Notes under the pieces: generated by a model | What the model saw: the letters and a program-made list of their open reading frames with translations, nothing else | Told to the model about the DNA's origin: nothing | The model's database searches: none | Shown here: positions 1 to 10,668 of the stretch, piece after piece | Position numbering within the stretch: position 1 is the first letter of the stretch | Layout of the letters: every line of letters begins with the position of its first letter | From: Lama guanicoe | Taxonomy: Eukaryota | NCBI GenBank assembly: GCA_013239625.1 | Contig: MU053881.1 | Coordinates: 14,374,373 to 14,438,372 of the forward strand | Length of the DNA stretch: 64,000 nt | Direction: 5' to 3' | Position numbers and translations under genes: made by a program

Positions 1-561
1 CCAGCCTGAACCACTCCCGCCCCTCATTGTAATAAGGAAGCTGTAACGTAATAAGGAAGTTCCTCTCCAGCCCCAGGAGTCAGAGTGTGATGAGGGACCT
101 CTAGGGAGGGACGAGGTCCTCTTTGTCCCTCTTGGGCCACTCCTGAGCCCTGGCCGGGACCATGGGCCCTCAGGGAGGAGCTCCTGGGTAAACCTGAGAC
201 AATCACAGAGTGTCTGTGCTGTGGAGGACCATGGAGGGCCCAGCAGAGAGAAAATTAATGAAGAGGGACTTGGAAGATGTCAGGAAAGCCCCTGAGTGCC
301 ACGGGTCAGAGTCTAGGCTTTAACTGTGGATGCAGGGACTGGTTGAAGTCTTTAACCAACAGACCAGCTCAATCAACACAGCATTTGAAGGTAGCTGGGT
401 GTGCGCGATGGAGCAGAGGGGAAGGGTTTCCTCACAGGTCACCAAGGGCAGGACAGGGGTCAGCACAGCGGGCTTCCAGGAATGGTGTTAAGGAGGGGTG
501 GGGGGCAGGTGGTGGGTTGATCGTGGAGGGAGAATCAATAGGATTTGAAAATAGACGGACT

Positions 562-651
562 AATATATGTATTTACATGTATGACTGAAATAGTATGCTG
601 TACACCAGAGATTGACACCTTGTAACTAACTATACTTCAATAAATAAAAAA
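562..651 (+). mobile_element. 5'-truncated L1 3' end with A-rich tail
   Basis: ATGTATGACTGAAA..TGCTGTACACCAGA..TGTAACT..TATACTTCAATAAA resembles the artiodactyl L1 terminus; imperfect flanking direct repeat GAAAATAGACGGACT / GAAAACAGAGGGATT. Confidence 0.6.
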
Positions 652-1169
652 GAAAACAGAGGGATTGAAGGAGGAGGCCGTCCACTATTACTCTGGTTAG
701 GAATGGTTAGGAGGGTGTGGGCCTTATTTATAAGGGTCAGGCAGTGCAGGTTATCTGTGCCCAGGAGTGCCCAGCATTTACATCCGGTGCTTCTCGGAGG
801 CCAAGTGAGGTCAGTAGAGAATTGGGTCTGTGAGCTGGAAGGTTAGCAACCAATAAAGGGGCACTTTTCCTTCCGTTATTTCAAAAAGAGCCCCATATAA
901 CCCCGTGGGACTGAGTAGGTTGCAAGGCTTCCTTTGGGTGAGTTGAGGATCCCTGCGTGTGAGGTGAGGGTCCCTTATCTCCTCATAGGAAATTCCTGCA
1001 AGGATCTCTCGAGCTCCCAGTTTTCACTTGTGAATTTTTGACAGAGAAGGTTAGTCTGTTACATAGGAAACAAGAAAGGGACAAGTGATTAATATGGATA
1101 TGAAAGGATTAAATTCAAATTTTAGTTGAACACTTAAGTCACTTAGGAGCTGTAGTTAGTATTGAGAGC

Positions 1170-1187
1170 CTGTTTCCATGGAAACAG
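1170..1187. promoter_or_regulatory. Perfect 18-bp palindrome containing an RFX X-box (GTTTCCATGGAAAC)
   Basis: CTGTTTCCATGGAAACAG is its own reverse complement and matches GTTNCCATGGNAAC; lies in PBX4 intron 2. Confidence 0.55.
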
Positions 1188-2215
1188 TTTAAACCTTGTT
1201 TTTCTAGAAAGTCAGAACTAAATGGATATCATATACCATAACCTCCTTGCCTGTTCCCTGCCTTCCATCCCCTCAGGAACTGCCCCCTAGCCTTCGTTTC
1301 TCTGGAGCCGTAAATATTTCTTCCATCCCCGAGGAAGCAAACAGAGCACAGATCCTGCGAGACCGCCCTCCTCTGACCTGAGCCTCACTCTGTAACCCCT
1401 GCAGCAGCCTCTTCACGCCCTGCCTGCTTCTCACGCTGCCCTGGAACTAGCCAGTCAGGTCCTGCCCCACTGTACCCTGCGGCTGCTTTTGCAGAAGTTA
1501 ACAGCGCTCCCCTGATGACCAAGCCCATGCTTTCACCCTTCTGTGACTACTTCTGGTTTCTCCTCACCCTACCTGGTAATTCTCTTCCTGTCTCCTCCCT
1601 TGCCTGTCCTTTAAATGTTGGTTTTCCAGCCCTGGGGGGGGCGTGGCTTCTTCTCGTAGGTGTGGCTGATGTACAGGTGGACACTTACAGATTTCCCAAC
1701 ACACATTTCATGCCGATGACTCATGTATACTGGTCTCCCACCCCAACTGGTCAGCTCAGCCCCGGCTCCCAGGAAGCAGCTGCTTCTTAGCCACCCAGAC
1801 GTCTGTGCTTAGCTGGGTCAGGGGCCAGGCTGACCCGTCTTTCCACCTGCCCGCCTGCTGCTCTGTGTGCTGCACCTGGGAGAAAGTGGTGCCTTCCAAG
1901 GCGAGTGTGGGGGTCACCCAGCCTCTTCCTTTCTCTCACGCACGCCCACACCCCCGGGCCATGGATTCCGGGGCCTCTCTCTTTGACTACCCCAAAGCTG
2001 ACCTGTATCTCCTTGTATGGCGGCAGCTCCCCCGGCTGCCTCCCAGGCCCATTCAGCCCGGTGTGACAGCTTTTTCAAGTTGCAAAGCCAATTGTTTTGT
2101 TTCTCTGCTTGAAATCTCCCCGTTCATTTTTTCTGGCCCCTCTGGGTCAGGCTTTTCCTCTCTGACTCTAAAGCAACAAACCACACACAACAGACACAAA
2201 CGGACACAACGGACT

Positions 2216-2742
2216 TGTTACTGAATCGAACTCAGGTCCACTCGCCCGATACGCAGTAGTCACTCCAATGACACCAGGTTGCGGTGAAGGAAAGTGCAGG
2301 CTCCAGGCAAGGGAGTGGAAGACCAGCCTCAGATCCACTCCACTTTGGTCTTGGAGTGAGGAGTTCTTTTAAGGGAAGGAGCAAAGAGGCTGGAATTAAT
2401 CATCGTGTTGTGGCATTTCTTAATAGCAGTTTCGAGAGTCAGGATGTCTCTGGTTCTTGATTCTCTGGCCGGGTCGTCCACGGCTTGGGGGGTCTGTGAG
2501 CTCATCTTGCCCTGGAGAAACAACCTGGGTTTGTACATTAATGACAACATCTAAATAGCAATTTTAGTACGTTAACAACGTGATCAACAATTGCAATCCT
2601 ACTCATCTGAGTGGTTGGTTAATGTTCAGTGAGCACAGGATTGAGGTCAGAGGGGACAAGAAAGGGGATAAACTTTTGGATAGAGGGATCGATTGTAAAC
2701 TCAGTGACAGAAATCAGTTTCTGTCGGGGGGACTCAGTCTCA
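2216..2742 (-). mobile_element. Probable ERV1-class solo LTR
   Basis: Minus strand starts TGAGACTGAGTCCCCCC and ends TTCAGTAACA (TG..CA termini); internal TATA-like CCCTTAAAAG; flanks GACT / GACG resemble a 4-bp TSD. Confidence 0.6.
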
Positions 2743-2962
2743 GACGCCCATTAGCACAGCTTTGCCTGACACCAGGCTGCCGGCACCTTTCTTTGTACCC
2801 CTGCCTGTGCTAGTGTGAGCATCTGGAACGCACCTCCTCACAGTGTCTGTTACCAGATAAAACAAAGACTTTCTTTCAGACGCGGTGCGGCTGCTAATGT
2901 TCTGCCGTGGCTGTTTCCGCTCTGACAGCAGACACTGATTCGGTCTCCTCTCTCTTGTCCAG

Positions 2963-3080
2963 TGTTGAGCATTCGTGGCATTCAGGAGGAGGGCCCCCCC
3001 GACGATCAGCTCATGAGGCTGGATAGCATGCTGCTGGCCGAGGGCGTGTGCAGGCTGGGGAAGCGAGGAAGAGGAGCAGC
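2963..3080 (+). CDS. PBX4: PBX4 exon 3, 5' part (PBC-A domain); remainder lies in the N gap
   Basis: Acceptor ttgtccag at 2961-2962; [39 protein letters not shown]. Confidence 0.93.
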
Positions 3081-3276
3081 NNNNNNNNNNNNNNNNNNNN
3101 NNNNNNNNNNNNNNNNNNNNNNNNNNNNNNNNNNNNNNNNNNNNNNNNNNNNNNNNNNNNNNNNNNNNNNNNNNNNNNNNNNNNNNNNNNNNNNNNNNNN
3201 NNNNNNNNNNNNNNNNNNNNNNNNNNNNNNNNNNNNNNNNNNNNNNNNNNNNNNNNNNNNNNNNNNNNNNNNNNNN
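3081..3276. other. Assembly gap (196 N)
   Basis: Run of N. Confidence 1.
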
Positions 3277-3486
3277 ACTAAACCGCCTTCCTTTTGTGGC
3301 ACAGACCGGGCAGTCCACACACCTGGTCTCACAGCAAAGGTGGCCAATTTTACTGGAAGCCCTTTGCCTTCACTTCTCAGTAGCCAGCCTGTGTGGGAGC
3401 CGCGGGTGGCGGGGAGCTGGTCCCACACAGAGCCCTGGGCCAGCCTGCTGTGTAGTCACTGGCTGGTGTGTGTGTCCCCACCCCAG

Positions 3487-3677
3487 GCCTGCCAGGAGTT
3501 CACCACGCATGTCACCAACCTTCTCCGGGAGCAGAGCAGGATCAGGCCCGTCTTGCCCAAGGAGATCGAGCGCATGGTCGGGGTCATCCATGGCAAGTTC
3601 AGCAGCATCCAGATGCAGCTGAAGCAGAGCACCTGCGAGGCCGTGATGACCCTGCGCTCCAGGCTCCTGGATGCCAG
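3487..3677 (+). CDS. PBX4: PBX4 exon 4 (PBC-B domain)
   Basis: cccag|GCC..GCCAG|gtcagg; [64 protein letters not shown]; 191 bp. Confidence 0.96.
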
Positions 3678-3927
3678 GTCAGGCCCCACCCCACCCACGA
3701 CCGCAGGGTGGCTCTTAGGAAGAGGAACCAAGTCATTGCTGACCTGGGTTTACGGTCAGGGGGCCTCCAAGCCTGTCCAGGGGCTCTGGCCGCAGCTGCA
3801 GGTGTAGCCCCTCACACAGCCTTGGGGGATGGCTGAAGCGCTGACTGCTGCTGTTACCACCTCTGGGGGTCAGGGATGCTGCTGGCAGCCCAGTGTCTGA
3901 ACACCGGCTGAGGCTCTGTCTTTGCAG

Positions 3928-4063
3928 GCGTAAGCGGCAGAATTTCAGCAAGCAAGCCACGGAAGTGCTGAATGAGTATTTTTACTCCCATTTGAGCAAT
4001 CCTTACCCCAGCGAAGAAGCAAAAGAGGAGCTGGCCAGGAAGGGTGGCATCACGGTCTCCCAG
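3928..4063 (+). CDS. PBX4: PBX4 exon 5 (TALE homeodomain N-arm, helices 1-2, PYP loop)
   Basis: tttgcag|G..CAG|gtgaca; [45 protein letters not shown]; 136 bp. Confidence 0.97.
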
Positions 4064-4576
4064 GTGACAGTCCTTTCCTGCCCCGCCTCCCTGAACATGG
4101 AAGGGAAGGAGGGTTCAGCCCAGTGAGGAGGACACTCAGGGAAAGTTCATAAAATGTGTGGAGCTGGAGCCCGGTGTCCAGGCTTGGAGTCGCCTGGCTG
4201 TGCCCAGATCCTGGGTCTGTTCTATGAATGTGGGTCTCAGACAGGAAGCCACGCCCACCAGGTGAAGGGACTCCCAGAAGCTATGAGCGTGGACTGTGAG
4301 GTCCCTGAGGTGACACCACCGAGTGTGGCATCTGGTACTCAGCGAATTGTGGTCGTTAGGATTTCCTATCATTCTTGCATCTGAGGGTGTGCTGTGTTGC
4401 ATAAGAGGGATCAGGTATAAACTTGGGAGAAGGAAAAAAACTTGGAGCAAAATCAGGACTTAAAGTGATAGACCAGCTTTCGCGCTCAAGTACCAATTCA
4501 GTTCTACTGGGGTAAGTTCAGGCATGTGCATCACCTGCTTGTTACTCAGCTAGTCTCCCTAGAGACCAGAGGGAAA

Positions 4577-4648
4577 TGGCCAGTGGCTCGGAGCTACAGC
4601 TGGCGGAGAGGCCATCCCACTCCTCTACGAGGTGCCCGTGCTGGGACA
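4577..4648 (+). repeat. 72-bp dispersed direct repeat, copy 1
   Basis: 66/72 identical to 5825-5896. Confidence 0.9.
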
Positions 4649-5824
4649 TGCAGGGCAGGCGACATCTGGCTCCAGTTGGGGAATGGTGGTGCAGATTGGA
4701 GAAGGAACCCGGACAACCTTGGACAGCCTCGGGCAACCTTGGTCGTCTGGATTGTCTCCCTTCTCACTGGAACTGGGGTGAGGGATGCAGAGCTAAGGCA
4801 AGAGTCCAGGAAACCTTTCATAAGGTTTTAAAGTGAGAATGGTAAGCTCAGGCAGCCCGCAAGTGAGAGGCAGGACCAGGCAACACCCACAGGGCAGCGG
4901 GAACGGGCAGAATGGGGGCCAGGTGTGCAGCACCCCCTCTGGTGGCAGGCAGGGCTGGAGCATGCGCTGGCTCACTGAGTGTCACCACCCACCTGGAGGC
5001 AGCCACCTCCTCCTGCCGTGCAGTTGGAGGGGCTGAGTTTCCAGCCCTGTCCGACTGCCTCCAGAGCCTGTACCCTCAGCCACCACCCTCTGCCCAGTCT
5101 GTGCCAAGTCCAGCAGTGACCTGGGGACAAGGGCACTCGGGAGCCCCGCAGGGTCATGCAGACAGCAGAGCCTCACAGGTGTCCCAGTAACATCGGACCT
5201 CACTCACCGCAGGACTGCAGTGGTGACCTCAGCACCTTGGCCGGAGCTGCAGGGAGGGCTGCACCTCTGGGGCTTCAAGAGCTGAAGGGAGCTTGTTCCC
5301 ACCACGAGCAGTTGTCTGAAAATGGCCAGATTCACTTCAGGGCCTGCCGCCTCCCGAGAGCAGATGGGTCCTTTGTCTAGACTTCATCTGAGGAGGGGGC
5401 TCATTGCAGACAAAAGTTTGGAAAGCACCAGCCACACATTGCAGGGGCTCCCACACACCAGAGACCTCCACCCACAACCCACAGCAGCAGAATTCTGTGC
5501 TCAGATCCCCTCCCCACTTTGGTGGGTCTGCCAGCACAAAATAGCTGACAGTCAGCGGAGAGAGGGCCCTGAATTCAGGGTGGGATGTCGTGCAGGTTGT
5601 GACGTTCACCTGAGAAGGTAGTGGGGAGGGAGAGCACTGTGAAGGCAGAGGGTGCTGCAGATGGGGCCACAGACGTTTTCAGGACAGAATCAGCGCAGCT
5701 CCAGGCTGAGGAGGCCTGAGGGGGAAAAGGGCAGGAGAGCTGAGCCCAAGCACGCCGCGATGGGAGCAAACTCAGATGTCTTCAGCTGGCTCAGCCAAAG
5801 GGGCCAGAGGGACCGGAGAGGGAG

Positions 5825-5896
5825 TGGCCAGTGGCTCAGAGCTACAGCTGGTGGAGAGGCCATCCCAGTCCTGTATGAGGTGCCGGTGCTGGGACA
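5825..5896 (+). repeat. 72-bp dispersed direct repeat, copy 2
   Basis: 66/72 identical to 4577-4648. Confidence 0.9.
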
Positions 5897-7231
5897 CGCC
5901 CCATGGAGAGGGCAGACCTGGCCAGAACCACCTCCCCCGTGGCCACCCTCCCTCACCCACATGGGAAGTTTGTTCTTGGTTCCTCTCAAACCCCAGTTGA
6001 ATTCAACTTGGAACGCTGCTCGCTGCCATTCTTCTGCAAACTTAGTTCCACGAAGACTTGTCAGCACGTTCCTCAGAGACAAGTGGGAGCCAAGTGCTTA
6101 CCTGGCTTGGTTAAGGAAGGTTGGCCCTCACACCCGGGGCGGGAGGGAAGGGATGCCGAGGCGTGAAGCAGGGAGCGCACACCGGGGCTTTTCCTTTTCG
6201 TGGTTGACACTGAGAGGATTATGGCGGGACGTTAAAGAAACACATTTTTAAAGGAGAAAAGGTCATCGACAGTCCTGTGGCTGTAACTCAGCTGTTTACT
6301 TCTGTTTATTAAAATGCACACTCATCTCACCGCAGGGCCAAGTGCCTGACTTTGAGAGGCTGCACATCTGCATGCTCACAGGAGGGCACTACCCAGGGTC
6401 TCACCCAACCGATTCTGCCCCCAGGGAACGCTTGCCTTGTCACGATTCTTGGGGGACTGGCATCTGGTGGGTGGAAGCCAGGGATGCTGCTCTGCACCCT
6501 CAGCAAGGAGCCCCCCAGCAGCCCCACCCGGAGAGTGACCCACAGGGAGAAGCCCCGCGCTGGAGGTCTCGGTGCAGGTGTGGAGTCAGAGCAGGGCTCG
6601 GACCCGCTTGGCTCTGGGCCAGCTCCTTGCTCACTGGATGGGGGGCTGTGTGTCCCTGCAGCCGCCTCCCAGCTGGCTTTGAGGACCAAACACAGGTGCT
6701 CAGTTCAGTGCTCAGTGCCTTCCCCTGCCCTGTCAGATGGTCCTTGTCCTTTGATAAGTCTTGGATTCAACTGTATCCTTTGCTTAAGCTGAATTCCCAG
6801 AAATGGGGTTACTGATGTGTGTCTCTCGGGCACTTACTTTGCCTAAGGAGGAATCCAGAATTCAGTCTGTTCCTGTCCCTGCAGTGAGCACACACTCATC
6901 TATCCGAGCGTGTCCCCCACACGCCTGTATTTCCTCCAGCTCCTCCCTGGGCCCAGGTTCCAGCAGCATCTGGTTCTCAGGCAGTGTGTCTCCTCCAGCT
7001 CCTACAAGCCACACCAGCTCCAGGGTGTCCCTAACCCACTGCAAATATTTCTCTGAGCCCACGATTCCATCAGCGCGCCACCTTCTCAGTCCCGTCCTCT
7101 CACCCGACCCCAGGGCCACACAGTCTCACTCAGCAGTGTTCCCCCGGGCGGTGGAAGCCTTAAGTGCATCCACATCGTGTCTCATCACTAGGTCAGCTCG
7201 TCCAGTGACTTCTGTCTCTGTGTGTCCATAG

Positions 7232-7388
7232 GTCTCCAACTGGTTTGGCAACAAAAGAATCCGATATAAAAAGAACATGGGGAAGTTTCAAGAAGAGGCT
7301 ACCATTTACACAGCTAAGACGGCAGTGGACAGCCCCGAAGTCAGGGGCCCGGGGAGCCAGGCCAGCTGCCCCTCGATGCCCAGCTCCA
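7232..7388 (+). CDS. PBX4: PBX4 exon 6 (homeodomain helix 3)
   Basis: ccatag|GTC..TCCA|gtaagt; [37 protein letters not shown]; 157 bp. Confidence 0.96.
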
Positions 7389-7397
7389 GTAAGTGAG

Positions 7398-7443
7398 GTC
7401 ACTCAGCCCAGCAACAGTCACTCAGCCCAGCAACAGTCGCTCA
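7398..7443. repeat. 19-bp tandem repeat (GTCACTCAGCCCAGCAACA x2 plus partial)
   Basis: Directly visible just after the exon 6 donor. Confidence 0.85.
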
Positions 7444-7773
7444 CGCGCAGCCAGGCCCACTGAGCTGCATTTGGGGAAGCAGGGAGGGGGCCCCACTTCC
7501 AGGCAGGTCACTGCCTACGCCTCTTTCCTCTGTTTATGCTGTGGGGTTCCTGTTCCCACGGGTGATTATCCTGATCACGTCCCTGCGGGCTCTGCAGGTG
7601 CTGTGGGGACAGAAACTTCAATACCAAGGCGAAGGGAAAGGCCTGCAGGAGGGGTGGGGGACCATGGGCGTCACATTCCTGGCCCCTTCCTGGCTGGGGG
7701 GCTGGCAGAGCCCCCCTGAGGAGTTGCTGCGGCCCCCAGGGCAATTTGTCCTGATCTCTCCCATCCCTTCCAG

Positions 7774-7880
7774 GTGCCTCTGGTCCCTTTCCACTGACCA
7801 GCTCCAGGGGCGCACTTACCGCCCTGCAGACACTGGCCTCTCTCCGGCCCGCCCCTGGGGGAGGCGGCCTTCTGTCCCAG
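7774..7880 (+). CDS. PBX4: PBX4 exon 7
   Basis: ttccag|GT..CAG|gtgagt; ASGPFPLTSSRGALTALQTLASLRPAPGGGGLLSQ; 107 bp, phase-consistent. Confidence 0.9.
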
Positions 7881-8951
7881 GTGAGTCTCGGGCACAATCC
7901 CAAGGACACCTGTGGGGTCCCCGCCTCAGTGACAGGGCACACTTGGGGCCCACCCAGGAGGGTGGTCGGTCCTTGAAACTGGCCATCTGAGCTGCATCTC
8001 AGTCTTCCTAGGCTCCCCTGAAGGTCCTGGCAACAAGGTGAGCCCATGGGGCACTCAGTCCATCTTGGGGATGAATGCAGGCTGGTGGGGTCCCCTCAGG
8101 GAGCACTGCTCTGTGGGGCCCGCTCGGCAAGGACCCCGTGCCTTCACCCCTCAGGACGCGATAACTTGAGGCAGCCTCTGAGGTTTTTGCCTTTTGGGAA
8201 GGAGCCCTCCCTCCCCAAGGGTGTGTGTACCGCTCAGGGGAGGCCAGGGGTGGGCAGACGAGGCCCTGACTGTCTGAAGGTGCAGCCCCATTGGGCTCAG
8301 ACCCTACTCCATGTTCATGCTGTGGCCTAAGGAAGAGCAGAGCTCTCAAGGTCACACAGAGGGTGTGGTGCCCAGGCGCCTGTGAGCAGCCAGCTCAGGA
8401 GCTGCCCCTGGAGTGTGAGCTGGGAAGGGGAACAGCCCTGCTCTCAGGGGCTGCAAGCAGGACTCGCCTTGGAGCAGTCGGCCCGAGAAGAGCTATTGTC
8501 AGTGGTGGTTTCCATGGGCAGTGGGTTGGGGGTTCCTGTGGACAAACATCTCAGGGTCACATGTGCCAAATACGTCCCTGCAACTGCAGGCGGAGCCCCC
8601 ATGCCCGGCGGCCCTGGTCCTGCCCTCCTGACCACCCAGCCAGACCCGCGTCCTGCCGGGTTCCTGAGCCTCTTCCCACTCACCAAGTCTCACCACGATG
8701 TTTTGGGGACCATCGTCAGCTCCAGGCCCTGTGTGTGCCACGTCAGTCCTTTGCCAGATCCCTGCCTGCAGAGGCCAGTGTCCTGCCAAGGAAGCACGGC
8801 CATGTGCAAGGCCAGCTGTGACCCAGGACCGACCCCTTGGTCCTTCCCCCGTCTCCTGGCCCCTCGTGCTGCTCTCAGCATGTTCTAAGCCTTCTCGGGG
8901 ATGGGTCGTCAGTGTCCTGGACCTCCTCTGACTCTGTTTCTGTCTTTTCAG

Positions 8952-9038
8952 GCCAGGGGCGGCTGGCAGGGGAAGCGAAGGTCGACCACTTCACTTGTTG
9001 GAGACGCCGGCAGTGTCACCTCAGATGCATCTAATTAA
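8952..9038 (+). CDS. PBX4: PBX4 exon 8 coding part (stop TAA)
   Basis: ttttcag|GCC; ARGGWQGKRRSTTSLVGDAGSVTSDASN*, matching the PBX-family C-terminus. Confidence 0.9.
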   Translation, partial: ARGGWQGKRRSTTSLVGDAGSVTSDASN

Positions 9039-9607
9039 ATGTTGGGACAAGCAGAAAAGGGGACGGTGTGACCTGCCGTGGTTCTCTGTCCTTCATGCTA
9101 CCTCAGAAAACCCAGGACTGACTCCAGACGGTGCTCCCGGGCCAGTGGCAGGCGACAATGATGCCATCTTCTGCTTGTCAGCTGGGATTTGAAATGGGCG
9201 GAGACACTGCTCCTTCTCCTAACTCCATTTGGCTTTTTTTAATACTAATTTTATGGTTAAGACTATGAGTTGTTTCCTCTAGGACTTGGCACAAATTCTG
9301 CCATTAAATTTTGGACTGATTTTAAGTTTGATGTCATTCACACCTGGATTTGTTCCTGGTGACAGCTGACCGCCAGGCGCAGGGCCTCAGCAGCACAACT
9401 GTAAGAGTTGAGATTTTGTTGGCTCACTTGTCCCTTCCTGCGCCTCCCCACCCAGACGCTGCCTTCCCACACTCCCTCTGTTGTGTCATTTCACAAGGTT
9501 GTGACCTGAGTCTGTGCTAAGCTCAGAATTCTACTGGGAATTGGTTTGCACCCCTCCCCTCCTTTTTTTCTGTTAATACAAGTTCTACCATTTTCAGCTG
9601 AAATGTC

Positions 9608-9622
9608 ATTAAAGAGAATAAA
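9608..9622 (+). terminator. PBX4: PBX4 polyadenylation signals (ATTAAA 9608, AATAAA 9617)
   Basis: Tandem hexamers about 580 bp after the stop codon. Confidence 0.7.
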
Positions 9623-10523
9623 CTTCGCAAGACCTTTCCTGCACCTGTACTCTTGAAGTCCTGCTGGCTCGAGGCTCGGCTCTCAGTGTCCCTCTCTGTC
9701 CCCTCACCCAGTTCCTCCTCTGCTTCAGCCTTCAGGTTGGACCTCCCCTTGTGAGGAATGAAGACGGTAGAGCTGGGCTGCTGGGAGAATTGAATAAGCC
9801 TGGGCTCAGGGCGGCTCGGGGCCTGTCAGCGTCACCATGGCCCTAACCCCACACTGCCAGCTGCCACCCTGACCAGCATCAGAGCTTCTGCCCAGAGCGT
9901 TTGGTCTCTGGACACAGAGTAATCCGACTCCGTGTGCCTCCACACCAGCTCACCCCCAGATCCCGGCCAGCTGAATCATCCCCGTTCTCCCAGTTCTTGG
10001 CCTCAAGGCCTCCCAGGCCTGAGAGATCCCTCCATCCTGCCTCCAACCCCTGCGCGTGCCACCACCGTGGCGCTGATAGTGTGAGGGTTGCGGAGGGGAA
10101 ACGAGGCACAGGAGTGAGGGTCTGCCAGGTCACAGCCATGCAGCATGGCAGGAGACTGGCCTGCACCCAGAAAGGCTGAGTGTGGTCGTCTCCTGGGATC
10201 AGAGGAGCTCGGCCCCGCTGCTGGGTCCCTGGACTCCGGCCCCTGCGGCTCCCATCTGCCTCTGGGCAGCAGCTGGCTGCTCTCACCTGGCCTGTTACCG
10301 CACTGTCCTCCGTTTCTGTGGCTTTTAAGAGCCACTGGAGGGGAGATGGACTGTGTGTACTGGAGATGATGGTGCTGGGGCGGTCCCAAGGGAAACAGAC
10401 AAAGCAGCAACTCGTGGGTCCCAGGTGTCCCAAGAGCCTCCTGCTCACTTGCGCCCTTGGCATGAATGCAGCTCCTGGTCCACTTGGCCTCCAGCTTCTA
10501 GCTGTTTCTCTTGGAGGATTTTC

Positions 10524-10668
10524 GGTTTGGTTTGATTTGGTTTGGTTTGGTTGGGGGTATGGGTAATTAGGTTTATGTATTTATTTTTAGAGGAGGTACT
10601 GGGGATTGAACCTAGGACCTTGTGCATGCTAAGCATGCTCTCTAGCACTTGAGCTATACCCTCCCCCC
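10524..10668 (-). mobile_element. tRNA-derived SINE (camelid Vic-1 type) with (CCAAA)n tail
   Basis: Minus strand GGGGAGGGTATAGCTCAAGTG..GCATGCTTAGCATGCACAAGGTCCTAGGTTCAATCCCCAG (A and B boxes); TSD-like GAGGATTTTC / GAGGGTTTTC. Confidence 0.85.

Noticed and set aside
2962-3807. 281-aa ORF appearing to join PBX4 exons 3 and 4
   Set aside because: Spans an N gap and intron 3; the open frame is an artefact of N translation.
7398-7443. Short direct repeats (also 28401-28427 and 37155-37199) as a CRISPR-like array
   Set aside because: Two to four adjacent copies with no unique spacers in a mammalian intron; ordinary slippage duplications.
10600-10668. tRNA-like A/B boxes here and at about 11750, 31490 and 59465
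   Set aside because: These are SINE heads with tails and TSDs, not tRNA genes.
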